Source of the DNA: a virus
Lineage: Duplodnaviria > Caudoviricetes
Virus record (IMG/VR): IMGVR_UViG_3300016486_001578
Reading direction: 5' to 3' (one strand)
Length of the DNA stretch: 64,000 nt
Part shown: positions 10,148 to 20,428 of the stretch, one piece after another
How the letters are laid out: each line of letters begins with the position of its first letter
Position numbering within the stretch: the stretch's first letter is position 1
Notes under the pieces: generated by a model
Databases searched by the model: none
Seen by the model: the letters and a program-made list of their open reading frames with translations, nothing else
What the model was told of the DNA's origin: nothing
Made by a program: the position numbers and the translations under genes

Positions 10148-10717
10148 ATGATAATATCTCAATTAAAAAACGAAGTAAATAAAAAAATATATTCTGATAT
10201 CATAAAGTCTATATCCAAAACAACCAATATACATTATTTGGACCTTACTGGACTTGGAAAAAATGAATTTAATTTCCCGGACTTAATTTTAGAAAAATTA
10301 AATCAAATTGGTGCTTTTGGTAAGAATTATAATGCTATAACCAATTCAAGGATTTCTTCTTATTTAACACCCTATATTGAATATGAGGCCGCACATCCTG
10401 GAGCCGGACCCATAGCTCAAGTTAATGCCTTATTATCAAATCTTGGTAAATTAAAAGATATAAATCTTTTGGTTGATCCCTATATGAAATTTTCTGATGA
10501 TAGGATTATCTTATTTGGTGATGTTAATTTTAGATTATTTGACGTTAAACACCAAATATCAGATAGTATTAGAAAATCATTAGAAAGTAAATTAGAGTAT
10601 AATTTTAATATAATTGAGTGTGTTGTCCTTTATATAGTACATAGTACTGATTGCGATTCATACAAAAAGTATAAATCTATATCAAGAAATATCAAGATAG
10701 ATTCTATAATAGACTAG
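10148..10717 (+). CDS. Divergent paralog of the major capsid protein C-terminal region (may start at about 9970 across a poly-A frameshift)
   Basis: GKLKDINLLVDPYMKFSDDRIILF aligns with capsid GSIGDISIYVDPYMKYNDNRVVLG. Confidence 0.6.
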   Translation: MIISQLKNEVNKKIYSDIIKSISKTTNIHYLDLTGLGKNEFNFPDLILEKLNQIGAFGKNYNAITNSRISSYLTPYIEYEAAHPGAGPIAQVNALLSNLGKLKDINLLVDPYMKFSDDRIILFGDVNFRLFDVKHQISDSIRKSLESKLEYNFNIIECVVLYIVHSTDCDSYKKYKSISRNIKIDSIID

Positions 10718-10941
10718 TATAAACAAGGTCTACTAGAAATCGAATCTCCATAAATAATCATAACTAATTTTCCATTATTATATATCTCATGACTAAAATT
10801 ATCAGTATATGAGCTGTCGCCTTGTGTGACCATTTTATTGTCTAAAAAATAACTAATATATATGTTTTCTCCACTACAAATAGGCTCATATTTCTCACAT
10901 CCTATGAAAATAATAAATAAAAAAACTAGAATATTTCTCAT
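10714..10941 (-). CDS. Small putative lipoprotein
   Basis: MRNILVFLFIIFIG-C lipobox-like signal. Confidence 0.5.
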   Translation of the reverse strand: MRNILVFLFIIFIGCEKYEPICSGENIYISYFLDNKMVTQGDSSYTDNFSHEIYNNGKLVMIIYGDSISSRPCLY

Positions 10942-11012
10942 AATTTATATATAAAATTATACTACAAAAATATACATATTTTATGTTATTTTTTATAAAT
11001 AATATATAATAA

Positions 11013-11432
11013 ATGAAACATTTAAAACACAGAAAAATATTCGAATCTAATATAGATGATATAAATTATATTTTTATGGAAATAAGAGATGATGGTTATA
11101 ATGTTGATATAAATAAAACAAGAAAAGACAACACTCAGCGAATAACAATAAACAGAACTTATAAAAATTATGGACGTGATAGTGATGGAATATTTAACTT
11201 TGAGAAACCTTTCATGATATCAGAAATAATAGATGTAGTTGAAAGGATAATAAGGATCAATAACCAAGTAAGTTTATATGATATAAAACTATATAATAAA
11301 TATGCGAATAATAAATTCAACAGATTATCAAAAGATAAAAAAATGACATGGAAAAATTTTTTATCAATAATTAATAGAGAGTTTGATTTAAAAACACAAA
11401 TAAAAGAAATTGTTTTGTTGGTTGAATTATAA
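11013..11432 (+). CDS. Hypothetical protein with capsid-targeting-like N-terminus
   Basis: MKHLKHRKIFES. Confidence 0.6.
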   Translation: MKHLKHRKIFESNIDDINYIFMEIRDDGYNVDINKTRKDNTQRITINRTYKNYGRDSDGIFNFEKPFMISEIIDVVERIIRINNQVSLYDIKLYNKYANNKFNRLSKDKKMTWKNFLSIINREFDLKTQIKEIVLLVEL

Positions 11433-11515
11433 AATTTATTTCCTTTTTTGATTCTATATTAAAAATTATACTAAGAATTATAAAATTAATATATAAACAA
11501 AACCTAAAATATTAG

Positions 11516-14500
11516 ATGTCTAATCACAAAAGCCTTGCATTCTTCAATAAAGAAGGAGATTACTTAAATTTTAATTATAATGATTCATCTGATAGATTTG
11601 AGGGAGATATATTATTTCATGAAAACTCAAATGATACTTATAAAACATATGGTATTTATATGTTGGAAAAAGTACCATCTTTTGAATTCGAATTCCCAGG
11701 TGTATTGACTACTAAAAAGTTTCAATTATTTAATGAGTATGGTATAAATTTTTATGGCGCTAAATATTCTAACCAAAAAATAGATTATATAGAACCCACA
11801 AATAATTATGGTACCTTCTATTCTAAGTGGATATATGGAGTAGAATTTGATACTAAGTTTCCAATAGGAACATTAATAACATTTGATTCTCTATTTTTGG
11901 AGTTTTCTAATTTAGACAAACCTTATGTTGTTGTTTCATCCAAAAAAGGAGCAATAATGGTTATTGGTCAAATAGATAATGACACTTTTGAAAGTACATT
12001 TAAGCCTATTTATGAAGATTTATCTTCTTATGATAATAAATCAATATCTGGTTTAAATTCTTTAGGTGTTTATGATTATGTTGATACTCAAAATTATGAT
12101 GACAATTTATCTAGTTGGAACGAACCATCTTTTTATAGTAATTATTTTACTGGTAAAAAATTAAATGTAGTTAATTCTGATAAAAATGATGGTATAATAA
12201 CAGTTGAAAATGTTGATATTGTTGATGTTAACCACTTTGAATATATCCTTAGTGATTCTGATTTACCAATAAATAATGATTTAATAATTGAAGTTATAAC
12301 CAAAACTGATTTACCTAAAATATACGAGGGTCAAATAAACATAAGTAATGATTCCGCAATAGAGATAAATTCTTTTGATTATCCTTCAATATTAAAACCA
12401 GGTACTGAGTTTAAAATAGTTGGCTCAACTTTAAATGATATTTTTTTAACGGTTGATTCTATTCCAAATTGGAGTGGTATATCTAATTTAACTTATTTTG
12501 CTACACAATCACAAGTAATATATGATAATAAGATATATGAGTGTATATCATCTTATACTCAAAGTTTTGGATCAATGACATCATCATTTATAACACCAGA
12601 CACAGACACAAATCATTGGTCTTATCCTAGTTTTATAAAAGTATCACAACCAACAAACCTAGAATCTATATTCAATGGTAAGATATACCTAACAACCGAT
12701 AGATATTATTTTACATATGGCTATACACACTCATCAGCAGTTACATTAGCATCTGCCGCAGAAAAATACAAAGAAGATATTGGTATATTTAATATAGATA
12801 TACACTATAATAATGATACAAATATTTTAAATTCAGATTTAATATACCCATCTAAATATGCTGAGGTTAATTATTATTATGATGAGTTAGATTCGGCTAA
12901 TATAATAGGAGAATCGATTAATAAAATAGAGAATCTAATTAGTGTTGAGGAAAATTTAAATTATGAATTAAATTATGATATATCCGAAAACTTTAATTAT
13001 AATATAGTATTTACAGATCTAGATGAATATGGATTTAAGATGAGAATAAATGGTATGATATACGAAGAAGAGATATCATGGGTATATACCGGAATATTAG
13101 TTGATATGGATAGAACCATAGATAGAACACTCAGAAACTGGTTAAGTAGAAATTATATAAGGTTATATACACTCGGTATAATATCAGAACTTAAGTATAT
13201 AGGAAATTATACATCAGTTTATTATAATTCAATAAATATAACTACTCAATATCCAAATGTCCCTATAAATGTAGAAGAAATTTTAGTAGGAACAACCGCT
13301 GATTTTTATATAGAACACTCAAATATTTTATTCACAGAAATAGGCCCATATCTTAATATAAATATAAATGATATAGATTATGGCGTTACTTCTAGTTATT
13401 TATCCGGAACAAACAACACCGACATTTCTAACACATTATCAAAATGGGTTTCACAACACTCGGATAGATTATCTGATTTTGAAATAATTATTAATAATAC
13501 AAATAGTCTATTAAAATTAGATTTTAAAGACCTAGACAGAAGATTAGATTATATAATAACAACAAACTTGTTAAATAAACCAGGATTGGATGGATATTCT
13601 ATTGATAAAAAATTATCCGGAAATAATGGCCTATTAATAGCATCAAATGAGGTTTTATTACCTGGTCTTGGTAGCTCACCCACAAATATAAATACCGGAT
13701 CAACCATATCAACTGATTTTATTGATCAAGGATTTTCGACTGGTATGGTATTCTCTATAAATAATACTATGTGGCCTTGGGTCAATCAAGAGTTTAATAT
13801 ACTAAATATGGATAATGGTTCCTTAGGATTGAGTTATCAGGGTCCTTTTTGGGGATTAATGGATGGAATATGTAATTCATCAGCTTTCACTACAATAGCT
13901 TTTAGTAATGGATTTAGTGCTACTGGGTGTAGTTCACCTATTAGTCCAACTGGCTCCGGTGGACCATTTAATGATTATGAATTTAATACGGCCTTTAGTA
14001 TATCCTATAACCCAAACGAATACATATTAAATGACTATGATATAAGTACATTTGATGGTACTGATAATTTGGTTGATATAAAATATATTCAATTATCAGA
14101 TAGCTTATATGCCTTAGGTGATGGTTTAGTGGTTGTTGATGCATTCACTACTGATGTAATAGAAACTGTTGATTTACCTGGCCTTAGCCAAAGTATTAAA
14201 ATGGAATTTAATGAATTTAATAATTACTTATATTGTTTAACAAATACAAATATTTATGTGGTTGATCCATTAACAAACAATTTGATTGTAACAATACCTG
14301 TCTCTGGTGGTACAGGTTTCGATTTGTGTATAAACCAATTTAATGGTGATGTTTATTTTACATCAGCCGGTGATACTATTAATATAATAGCATATAATTT
14401 TTTAATACCATCTGCGTCATACACTGATGTAATAGATTCTTCTTCTGTAAATTGGCCATCATCTAATCCAAGTTTTTACAAAATGGTATTTGATCCAATA

Positions 14501-17500
14501 AACAATGATATAATAGTCACTTCTGATGGAGATGAGTTAATTAGAATAAATCCTGATAGAAATATACAAGTTGCCTATTCTATAACAGACTTATATGTTT
14601 TATTTATATCTTATGAGCCGGTTAATGGTGATGTGATTATATATAATGGTGTTGATATAATTAGGATAGATGAGGGTGGTAATACAACAAATATTTCTCT
14701 TCCTGGTGTTCCATTTGATATAATATTTAATAATCTAACCAATAGTTTAAATATATCAGATACATCAAATAGTTTTTCAATAATTAATTTAGATACAAAT
14801 GATATAACATCAATTGATATAAGTGATTATGGTTATTTGGCTATAAACCAATATGATGGTGATGTTTATTTATCATCACAAAACTTAGGATCAATATTAG
14901 TAATTGATTCAACAAGTGGTAATGTTAAACATAATGAATCTATATCACCACAAGGAACAAAAATAATACATAACCCACAAAGAGATTCTATTTGGGGAAT
15001 ACAACCTACTGGCAATTCATTATTTGAGTTACTTGTTATAATAAATGGAGTCATAACACCAATTGATACACCATCTGATATAGTTGGAGAGAACTTATAT
15101 GGTACATTAGATTCAAATTATATACCAAGAGAGGGTATTTGGTTAAAAACCATGGATTATATTAGAACACCAAGAGAAAATTTAGAAGGTGATGTACAAG
15201 TTCAATATTATTGGAAATGGTTAATGGATGATGTCCCTGAATTTTTTATGTACGATTTTAGTGGCGATCAATTAGTTATAGGCACTCCATATTCATATAC
15301 CGGGGAAAAACCATTACCAGAGATTGTTTTAAATAGAAAACCCAATCGTGATATAAATAGAACTAACCAATCACAATATCAACAAACTATATTTGATGTG
15401 ATTGAATATGATTTACCGTATGTTGATGATAGTGAATTCAATTCTACATCAGTATCACCATTTGAATTATTTTTAGGATTCAAATCAGAATACGAGGGAG
15501 CACTAGAATCTACTCTTCAGCTTTATAAAAAAGAATCTATTCTTTTTAGTATCGACTCGGATGATTCAACAACAATAGAAATGAAGATGTTTGAGGATGA
15601 AAGAATTGGTAAGATAACAATAAACGAATCATCTACCGAGTATTTTACAAATAGAGGATTAAAATCTGGCCAAATAATAGTTATTTATTTGACCGACATA
15701 ACAAACGATGAAGACCAATATGTATCTGATAATACAGCTTCTATGTTTAGAATAAAAAATGTTTATACTAATCAAATAATAATAGAGTTCTTAACAGATA
15801 CGGATTTCATAATAGATGAATCAACAAAAGTGGATGATTATCCAAAAACCGGTGATACTACATATTTAAGATTAACTATAAAAGTTTCTGATAGAGAAAT
15901 AGGTAGGTTTAATGTATATGGACAAACAGAAGACGAAGATGAGAGATTTAAAATAGAGCTAGGAAATATAGGCAAATTAGTAGACCCAGATGAGGTATTT
16001 ATATTCAAAGAGTATGACATATTAGAAGGTGGTATTGATTGGAAAATATTAAATAGAAAAAGGAAAGAGATGCTTATGATGAAACATCTTATATACCCAT
16101 ATATAGGTGCATATAAATCAATAATAAATGCTATAAACTATTTTGGATATAATGATTTACAATTAAATGAGTATTATAAAAATATAAACCCATCATCTAA
16201 AGAATTTTCTAGACTAACAAAAGTAGAAATACCTGATATCTTCGATAATTCTGTTGAGGGTTGGGTCGAAAATGATTTTATAAAGAATACTTATCCAAAT
16301 AAAAATTATGAAGAAACTAATTTATTCAACCTAACTTATTTTATAACAGACAAAGATGGTAATAATGTTTTGAACTATAGTTTAGATGAGATTATAATAA
16401 AATTACAAGGATTAAAATATTGGTTAAAAAGAAATATTATACCATTAACACATAAAATATTAGACATAACTGGAGTAGCATATGTTAAAAGTGGTAACTA
16501 TATACAACATAGATTACATGATGTTAGAATATTCAATATAAGAGAGAATATGACACCAATAAGTTTTAAAATGAATGAGGTTTATCTAATGCCTATAAAC
16601 TCCGGATCTACTGTTTATAATTGTGCTTTGGATTTCTATACTATAATACCAGGTGTTGGCAAAGATGATTATCTAGTGGATAAACCACTAGCATTTAATG
16701 GTGTGGATATATCTTTACCAGAATACTTTGATATAAAAATAAGAACATACAAAACTTATAAAGAATGGGAGCCATTTAAAATATATTCAAGTGGTGATAA
16801 AGTAAAGTATTATGATAAGTTATACGAATCTATCTCTGATGGAAATAGAACGAATAATCCTAGAAAATATGATAGTATAAAATCATGGTCACCAAATGTT
16901 GAATATACCGTTTCTACAATTTCAGAATATGATAGAGACTATTATGTATTTAGTGGGCTTGGTTCTACTTCATCAACTTCTAGCCCAAATTTAGATACAC
17001 AAAATTGGCTAAAAGTAACTGAGTGGAAAAATATAGATTTTAAGCCAGTTCAAACAATTAAGGAATTCAGGACAAGTGATAACTTAAATACATATAATTT
17101 TACTATTGACTCTAATATAGATCCATTTGTTACAATAGAAGTAACTTCTGATAATGGGTATGGTGAAATATATTCAGATAGAAAGAATTATGAAATAAGA
17201 GGATTAAGTGATTTAGGCAATTCTTCTGTTTATCAAGTAGGTGATTTACCTAAGTTATCAACAGATTTGGTTGATGTTCCGGTATTTGTTCCAACTACCA
17301 CTACAAGCACGACAAGCACTACAAGTACGACACTTCTGCCTATTTCTACTACTACAACATCTACTACAACAATAGATCCTTGTTTATTCACAGCTTCTGC
17401 TGTTTATGATTCAACTGATCTTGATTCAAATGATTATTATTTAGTAACTATGTTGCCTACTACAAACACTGGTCCTTTTAATATTTATTATGACTTAGTA

Positions 17501-17653
17501 AACATATTAGAATATAATGTTAATAAATCATTATTTATATCAGGCTATCTTGTTAAGACACCACCTGGATCCACAACACTATCTCTAGTTTCCACTGATT
17601 CTAGTGGGTGTGAAGGAACAAATATAGTAATACCATTATATAAATTTGGATAA
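11516..17653 (+). CDS. Large virion structural protein (baseplate/tail-associated), with a beta-propeller-like region, CBM5/12-like modules and a Thr/Ser-rich linker
   Basis: 2045 aa. YVVDPLTN-type repeats; WEPFKIYSSGDKVKYYDKLYES; baseplate-like IGAYKSIINAINYFGY; PTTTTSTTSTTSTT. Confidence 0.6.
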   Translation: MSNHKSLAFFNKEGDYLNFNYNDSSDRFEGDILFHENSNDTYKTYGIYMLEKVPSFEFEFPGVLTTKKFQLFNEYGINFYGAKYSNQKIDYIEPTNNYGTFYSKWIYGVEFDTKFPIGTLITFDSLFLEFSNLDKPYVVVSSKKGAIMVIGQIDNDTFESTFKPIYEDLSSYDNKSISGLNSLGVYDYVDTQNYDDNLSSWNEPSFYSNYFTGKKLNVVNSDKNDGIITVENVDIVDVNHFEYILSDSDLPINNDLIIEVITKTDLPKIYEGQINISNDSAIEINSFDYPSILKPGTEFKIVGSTLNDIFLTVDSIPNWSGISNLTYFATQSQVIYDNKIYECISSYTQSFGSMTSSFITPDTDTNHWSYPSFIKVSQPTNLESIFNGKIYLTTDRYYFTYGYTHSSAVTLASAAEKYKEDIGIFNIDIHYNNDTNILNSDLIYPSKYAEVNYYYDELDSANIIGESINKIENLISVEENLNYELNYDISENFNYNIVFTDLDEYGFKMRINGMIYEEEISWVYTGILVDMDRTIDRTLRNWLSRNYIRLYTLGIISELKYIGNYTSVYYNSINITTQYPNVPINVEEILVGTTADFYIEHSNILFTEIGPYLNININDIDYGVTSSYLSGTNNTDISNTLSKWVSQHSDRLSDFEIIINNTNSLLKLDFKDLDRRLDYIITTNLLNKPGLDGYSIDKKLSGNNGLLIASNEVLLPGLGSSPTNINTGSTISTDFIDQGFSTGMVFSINNTMWPWVNQEFNILNMDNGSLGLSYQGPFWGLMDGICNSSAFTTIAFSNGFSATGCSSPISPTGSGGPFNDYEFNTAFSISYNPNEYILNDYDISTFDGTDNLVDIKYIQLSDSLYALGDGLVVVDAFTTDVIETVDLPGLSQSIKMEFNEFNNYLYCLTNTNIYVVDPLTNNLIVTIPVSGGTGFDLCINQFNGDVYFTSAGDTINIIAYNFLIPSASYTDVIDSSSVNWPSSNPSFYKMVFDPINNDIIVTSDGDELIRINPDRNIQVAYSITDLYVLFISYEPVNGDVIIYNGVDIIRIDEGGNTTNISLPGVPFDIIFNNLTNSLNISDTSNSFSIINLDTNDITSIDISDYGYLAINQYDGDVYLSSQNLGSILVIDSTSGNVKHNESISPQGTKIIHNPQRDSIWGIQPTGNSLFELLVIINGVITPIDTPSDIVGENLYGTLDSNYIPREGIWLKTMDYIRTPRENLEGDVQVQYYWKWLMDDVPEFFMYDFSGDQLVIGTPYSYTGEKPLPEIVLNRKPNRDINRTNQSQYQQTIFDVIEYDLPYVDDSEFNSTSVSPFELFLGFKSEYEGALESTLQLYKKESILFSIDSDDSTTIEMKMFEDERIGKITINESSTEYFTNRGLKSGQIIVIYLTDITNDEDQYVSDNTASMFRIKNVYTNQIIIEFLTDTDFIIDESTKVDDYPKTGDTTYLRLTIKVSDREIGRFNVYGQTEDEDERFKIELGNIGKLVDPDEVFIFKEYDILEGGIDWKILNRKRKEMLMMKHLIYPYIGAYKSIINAINYFGYNDLQLNEYYKNINPSSKEFSRLTKVEIPDIFDNSVEGWVENDFIKNTYPNKNYEETNLFNLTYFITDKDGNNVLNYSLDEIIIKLQGLKYWLKRNIIPLTHKILDITGVAYVKSGNYIQHRLHDVRIFNIRENMTPISFKMNEVYLMPINSGSTVYNCALDFYTIIPGVGKDDYLVDKPLAFNGVDISLPEYFDIKIRTYKTYKEWEPFKIYSSGDKVKYYDKLYESISDGNRTNNPRKYDSIKSWSPNVEYTVSTISEYDRDYYVFSGLGSTSSTSSPNLDTQNWLKVTEWKNIDFKPVQTIKEFRTSDNLNTYNFTIDSNIDPFVTIEVTSDNGYGEIYSDRKNYEIRGLSDLGNSSVYQVGDLPKLSTDLVDVPVFVPTTTTSTTSTTSTTLLPISTTTTSTTTIDPCLFTASAVYDSTDLDSNDYYLVTMLPTTNTGPFNIYYDLVNILEYNVNKSLFISGYLVKTPPGSTTLSLVSTDSSGCEGTNIVIPLYKFG

Positions 17654-18614
17654 AATAATATTCATAAGTGCTCAACCGGATATTACTTACTTCCATTGGC
17701 AAGTTGAAGTATTCATAAACAACGCAATAAGTGTTGGTCTAAATCCTAATTGGATTGAAATTTTATTTTCATATGATAATGAAATTTCCGATTATGGAAA
17801 AGGACTAATTGATAAATACCCATATGTTAATTTCTTTTTTTATAAAAGATCAATAGATTTCAATAACTATATACCATCAATAAGACCAGATATAATATCA
17901 CAACATTTCAAAATATTTAAACATTTAGAAAAAAAGACAATATTTTATCATGATAGTGATATAATATTCAGAGAGCTACCAAATTTTAAATCCTTAACAA
18001 ATGATGATACCTGGTATTTTAGTAATACTAATTCCTATATTAGTTCAGATTATATAAAGAGTAAGTCTATTAATCTTTTTTCTAAAATGTGTGAGATTGC
18101 TAATATCGATCAGAATTTAGTAGAATACAATAATGAAAATTCAGGCGGAGCTCAATATCTAATAAAGGGTGTTGATTATAAATATTGGCAAGATGTTACT
18201 AAAGTATCTATTGATTTGTATAATTATATGGATAGTGTAGAAAAGAAAGAAAGATCAGAAATGGGCGAAGAAGAACTAAAATTATATAACCCAATACAAA
18301 AGTGGTGTGCTGATATGTGGGCAGTTTTTTGGTGTGGTTTGAAAATAAACAAAAGTATAGAAATATCAAAGGAATTAGACTTTAGTTGGGCGTCCTCTAA
18401 CATCGAGGATTGGTATAATAATAAAATTTACCATAATGCCGGAATAACTGATAATAAAGATTATTCTGTTTTTTGTAAAAGTGATTATATAAATGTATTT
18501 CCCTGGGATGTAGATTTTTCAAAAATAGATAAAAAAAGTAATACAATAAATTATATTAATAATATTTTATTAACAAAGGAAATAAAGGGTTATAATGAAC
18601 TACACATTAGCTAA
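17646..18614 (+). CDS. GT-A glycosyltransferase resembling plant protein O-glycosyltransferases (GT95/GT96-like); 3' end hit by IS605
   Basis: YFHWQ, YIPSIRP, YHDSDIIFR (DxD), GGAQY, WCADMWA. Confidence 0.6.
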   Translation: MDKIIFISAQPDITYFHWQVEVFINNAISVGLNPNWIEILFSYDNEISDYGKGLIDKYPYVNFFFYKRSIDFNNYIPSIRPDIISQHFKIFKHLEKKTIFYHDSDIIFRELPNFKSLTNDDTWYFSNTNSYISSDYIKSKSINLFSKMCEIANIDQNLVEYNNENSGGAQYLIKGVDYKYWQDVTKVSIDLYNYMDSVEKKERSEMGEEELKLYNPIQKWCADMWAVFWCGLKINKSIEISKELDFSWASSNIEDWYNNKIYHNAGITDNKDYSVFCKSDYINVFPWDVDFSKIDKKSNTINYINNILLTKEIKGYNELHIS

Positions 18615-18617
18615 AGA

Positions 18618-19793
18618 CTAATGTGTTTCGGGTTTCATAGAGTGTGCTTTATCACTAAAGTCTGATTTACTCTCCACCTTTGTAATGGTAAGTCCCTTAC
18701 CATATATTTTTAAACCTTCTTTTAAAATATTTTTACTTGCGTTTATATCTCTATCATGCGTTTCACCACATTTACAAGTCCATTTTCTATCAGAAAGTTT
18801 TAATCCTTGATTTATCCAACCACAACAATTACAAGTCTTAGTTGATGGATAGAACCTACCTACTTTTATAAGTTCTTTTCCATACCAATCACACTTATAT
18901 TGAAGTAAATTAACAAAATTACCCCAACTAGCATCAGCGATGTGTTTAGATAATTTATGATTTTTAATCATACCTTTAACATTCAAATCTTCAATACTTA
19001 TTAAATCATAATCTTCAACAAGTTCTTTACTAACTTTATGTAAAGTATCTAATCTACAACTTGATATTTTCTCATGAATTTTAGAAACTTTGAGTTTTTG
19101 TTTTTCAAACCCATTACTACCCTTTTCTTTACGAGAAAGATGTTGTTGTGCTTTCTTTAATTCTCTTGAATATTTTTTAGTATATCTATTATTTTTGTAT
19201 TTAATTTCATCAGAAGTAATTACAAAATCTTTTAATCCTAAATCTATACCACATTGTTTATTTGTTTTAGGTAATTGTTCTATTGCTTGTTCAGTAAAAA
19301 TTGATACATAATATTTATTTGTTGGAGTTTTAGTAATATTCATTTTACCAATTTTACCATTGACTTTTCTTTTATCTAATTTAACTTTGATGCCCCCTTT
19401 AAATTTAGGTATAATTATTTTATTTTCTTCTAATCTACCAAATTGTGGTATAGTAAAAGTATTTTTATGTTTTCTTGATTTGAAATTAGGAAACTGAGCA
19501 TTACCTCTAAAGAAATTAACATAAGCAGTATCTAAATTTCTTAAAGCAAATTGAATTGTTTGACTATTCACTTCTTTCAACCAATTATAATCTTCTGTTT
19601 TCTTTAATTCAGTTAAAGATTTTGCTTGAACATAATAATTATCTGATTTCTTATCTTTTTGGTATTGCTCTTTTCTTTCATTTAGAAAGTGATTATATAC
19701 AAATCTTGAACACCCAAAATGCTTAGATAACAAGATTTCTTGCTCTTTGTTTGGATATATTCTAAATTTATATGTTTTATTAACGACTTTCAT
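18618..19793 (-). CDS. tnpB: TnpB RNA-guided endonuclease
   Basis: YKFRIYPN..FGCSRFVYN, GIDLG, IEDLNV, PSTKTCNCCG, HDRDINASKNI; RuvC D/E/D intact. Confidence 0.95.
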   Translation of the reverse strand: MKVVNKTYKFRIYPNKEQEILLSKHFGCSRFVYNHFLNERKEQYQKDKKSDNYYVQAKSLTELKKTEDYNWLKEVNSQTIQFALRNLDTAYVNFFRGNAQFPNFKSRKHKNTFTIPQFGRLEENKIIIPKFKGGIKVKLDKRKVNGKIGKMNITKTPTNKYYVSIFTEQAIEQLPKTNKQCGIDLGLKDFVITSDEIKYKNNRYTKKYSRELKKAQQHLSRKEKGSNGFEKQKLKVSKIHEKISSCRLDTLHKVSKELVEDYDLISIEDLNVKGMIKNHKLSKHIADASWGNFVNLLQYKCDWYGKELIKVGRFYPSTKTCNCCGWINQGLKLSDRKWTCKCGETHDRDINASKNILKEGLKIYGKGLTITKVESKSDFSDKAHSMKPETH

Positions 19794-19897
19794 ATAATGT
19801 ATATATTAAACTTTAAAAGTCATTTTTTACGAAATCGTAAATTATTTTGTAAAAGTTTCCGTCTGGAGTAAAAAACTTTCACAAAAATAATTTACTT

Positions 19898-20311
19898 ATG
19901 TCTAAAAATTCTAATTACAATTCAACAAATCGTTCAAAACACTACTTAAAAGTTCATTTAATCTTTGTATGTAAATACAGAAAGAAATTACTGGTTACTC
20001 AGTTAAAAGATGATATGAAACAATTATTACTAAATATTGCTTCTAAAAGTGATTTTGAAATAGAAGTCTTTGAGAGTGATATAGATCATATACATTTCTT
20101 AATTCGTTATATACCAAGATTGTCCATAACATCAATTGTTAGAAAGTTGAAACAGGAATCTACCTACCATATATGGCGTTCTCAGCATAGAAATTATTTA
20201 TTTGGTCATTTCTGGAAAGAAAGAACATTTTGGTCAGATGGTTATTTTGTTTGTTCAATTGGAGAAGCCAATCCAAATACCATTAAACAATACATTTTAA
20301 GTCAAGGTTAA
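19898..20311 (+). CDS. tnpA: IS200/IS605 Y1 (HUH) transposase
   Basis: HLIFVCKYR, DHIHFL, FWSDGYF, IKQYILSQ. Confidence 0.95.
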   Translation: MSKNSNYNSTNRSKHYLKVHLIFVCKYRKKLLVTQLKDDMKQLLLNIASKSDFEIEVFESDIDHIHFLIRYIPRLSITSIVRKLKQESTYHIWRSQHRNYLFGHFWKERTFWSDGYFVCSIGEANPNTIKQYILSQG

Positions 20312-20428
20312 ATGTTTTTGTTCGCCTACATCACACAAGCTAAAGACTTGTGTGTTTTACGCTCAGATATAAATAAAGCCTATCAGAGATGATAGGCTTT
20401 ATTTATTATAATATTAGTTAGGTTTTAA

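Larger units (their letters stand above)
18595..20368 (-). mobile_element. IS605-type element (divergent tnpA/tnpB)
   Basis: Subterminal hairpins ACACATTAG-CTAAAGA-CTAATGTGT and CACACAAG-CTAAAGA-CTTGTGTG. The right end finishes TTCAT and the left end follows TTTAT. Removing the element restores GT ...KGYNK-stop directly before the terminator at 20375-20400. Confidence 0.85.

Noticed and set aside
9660-10717. Shared C-terminal motif R-x-x-(K/N)-I-x-x-(L/I) (RKINIKSLGI, RNIKIDSIID, also RLQKLGI at 52983) as a targeting signal
   Set aside because: There are only three loose instances in this window, too few to support without a genome-wide count.
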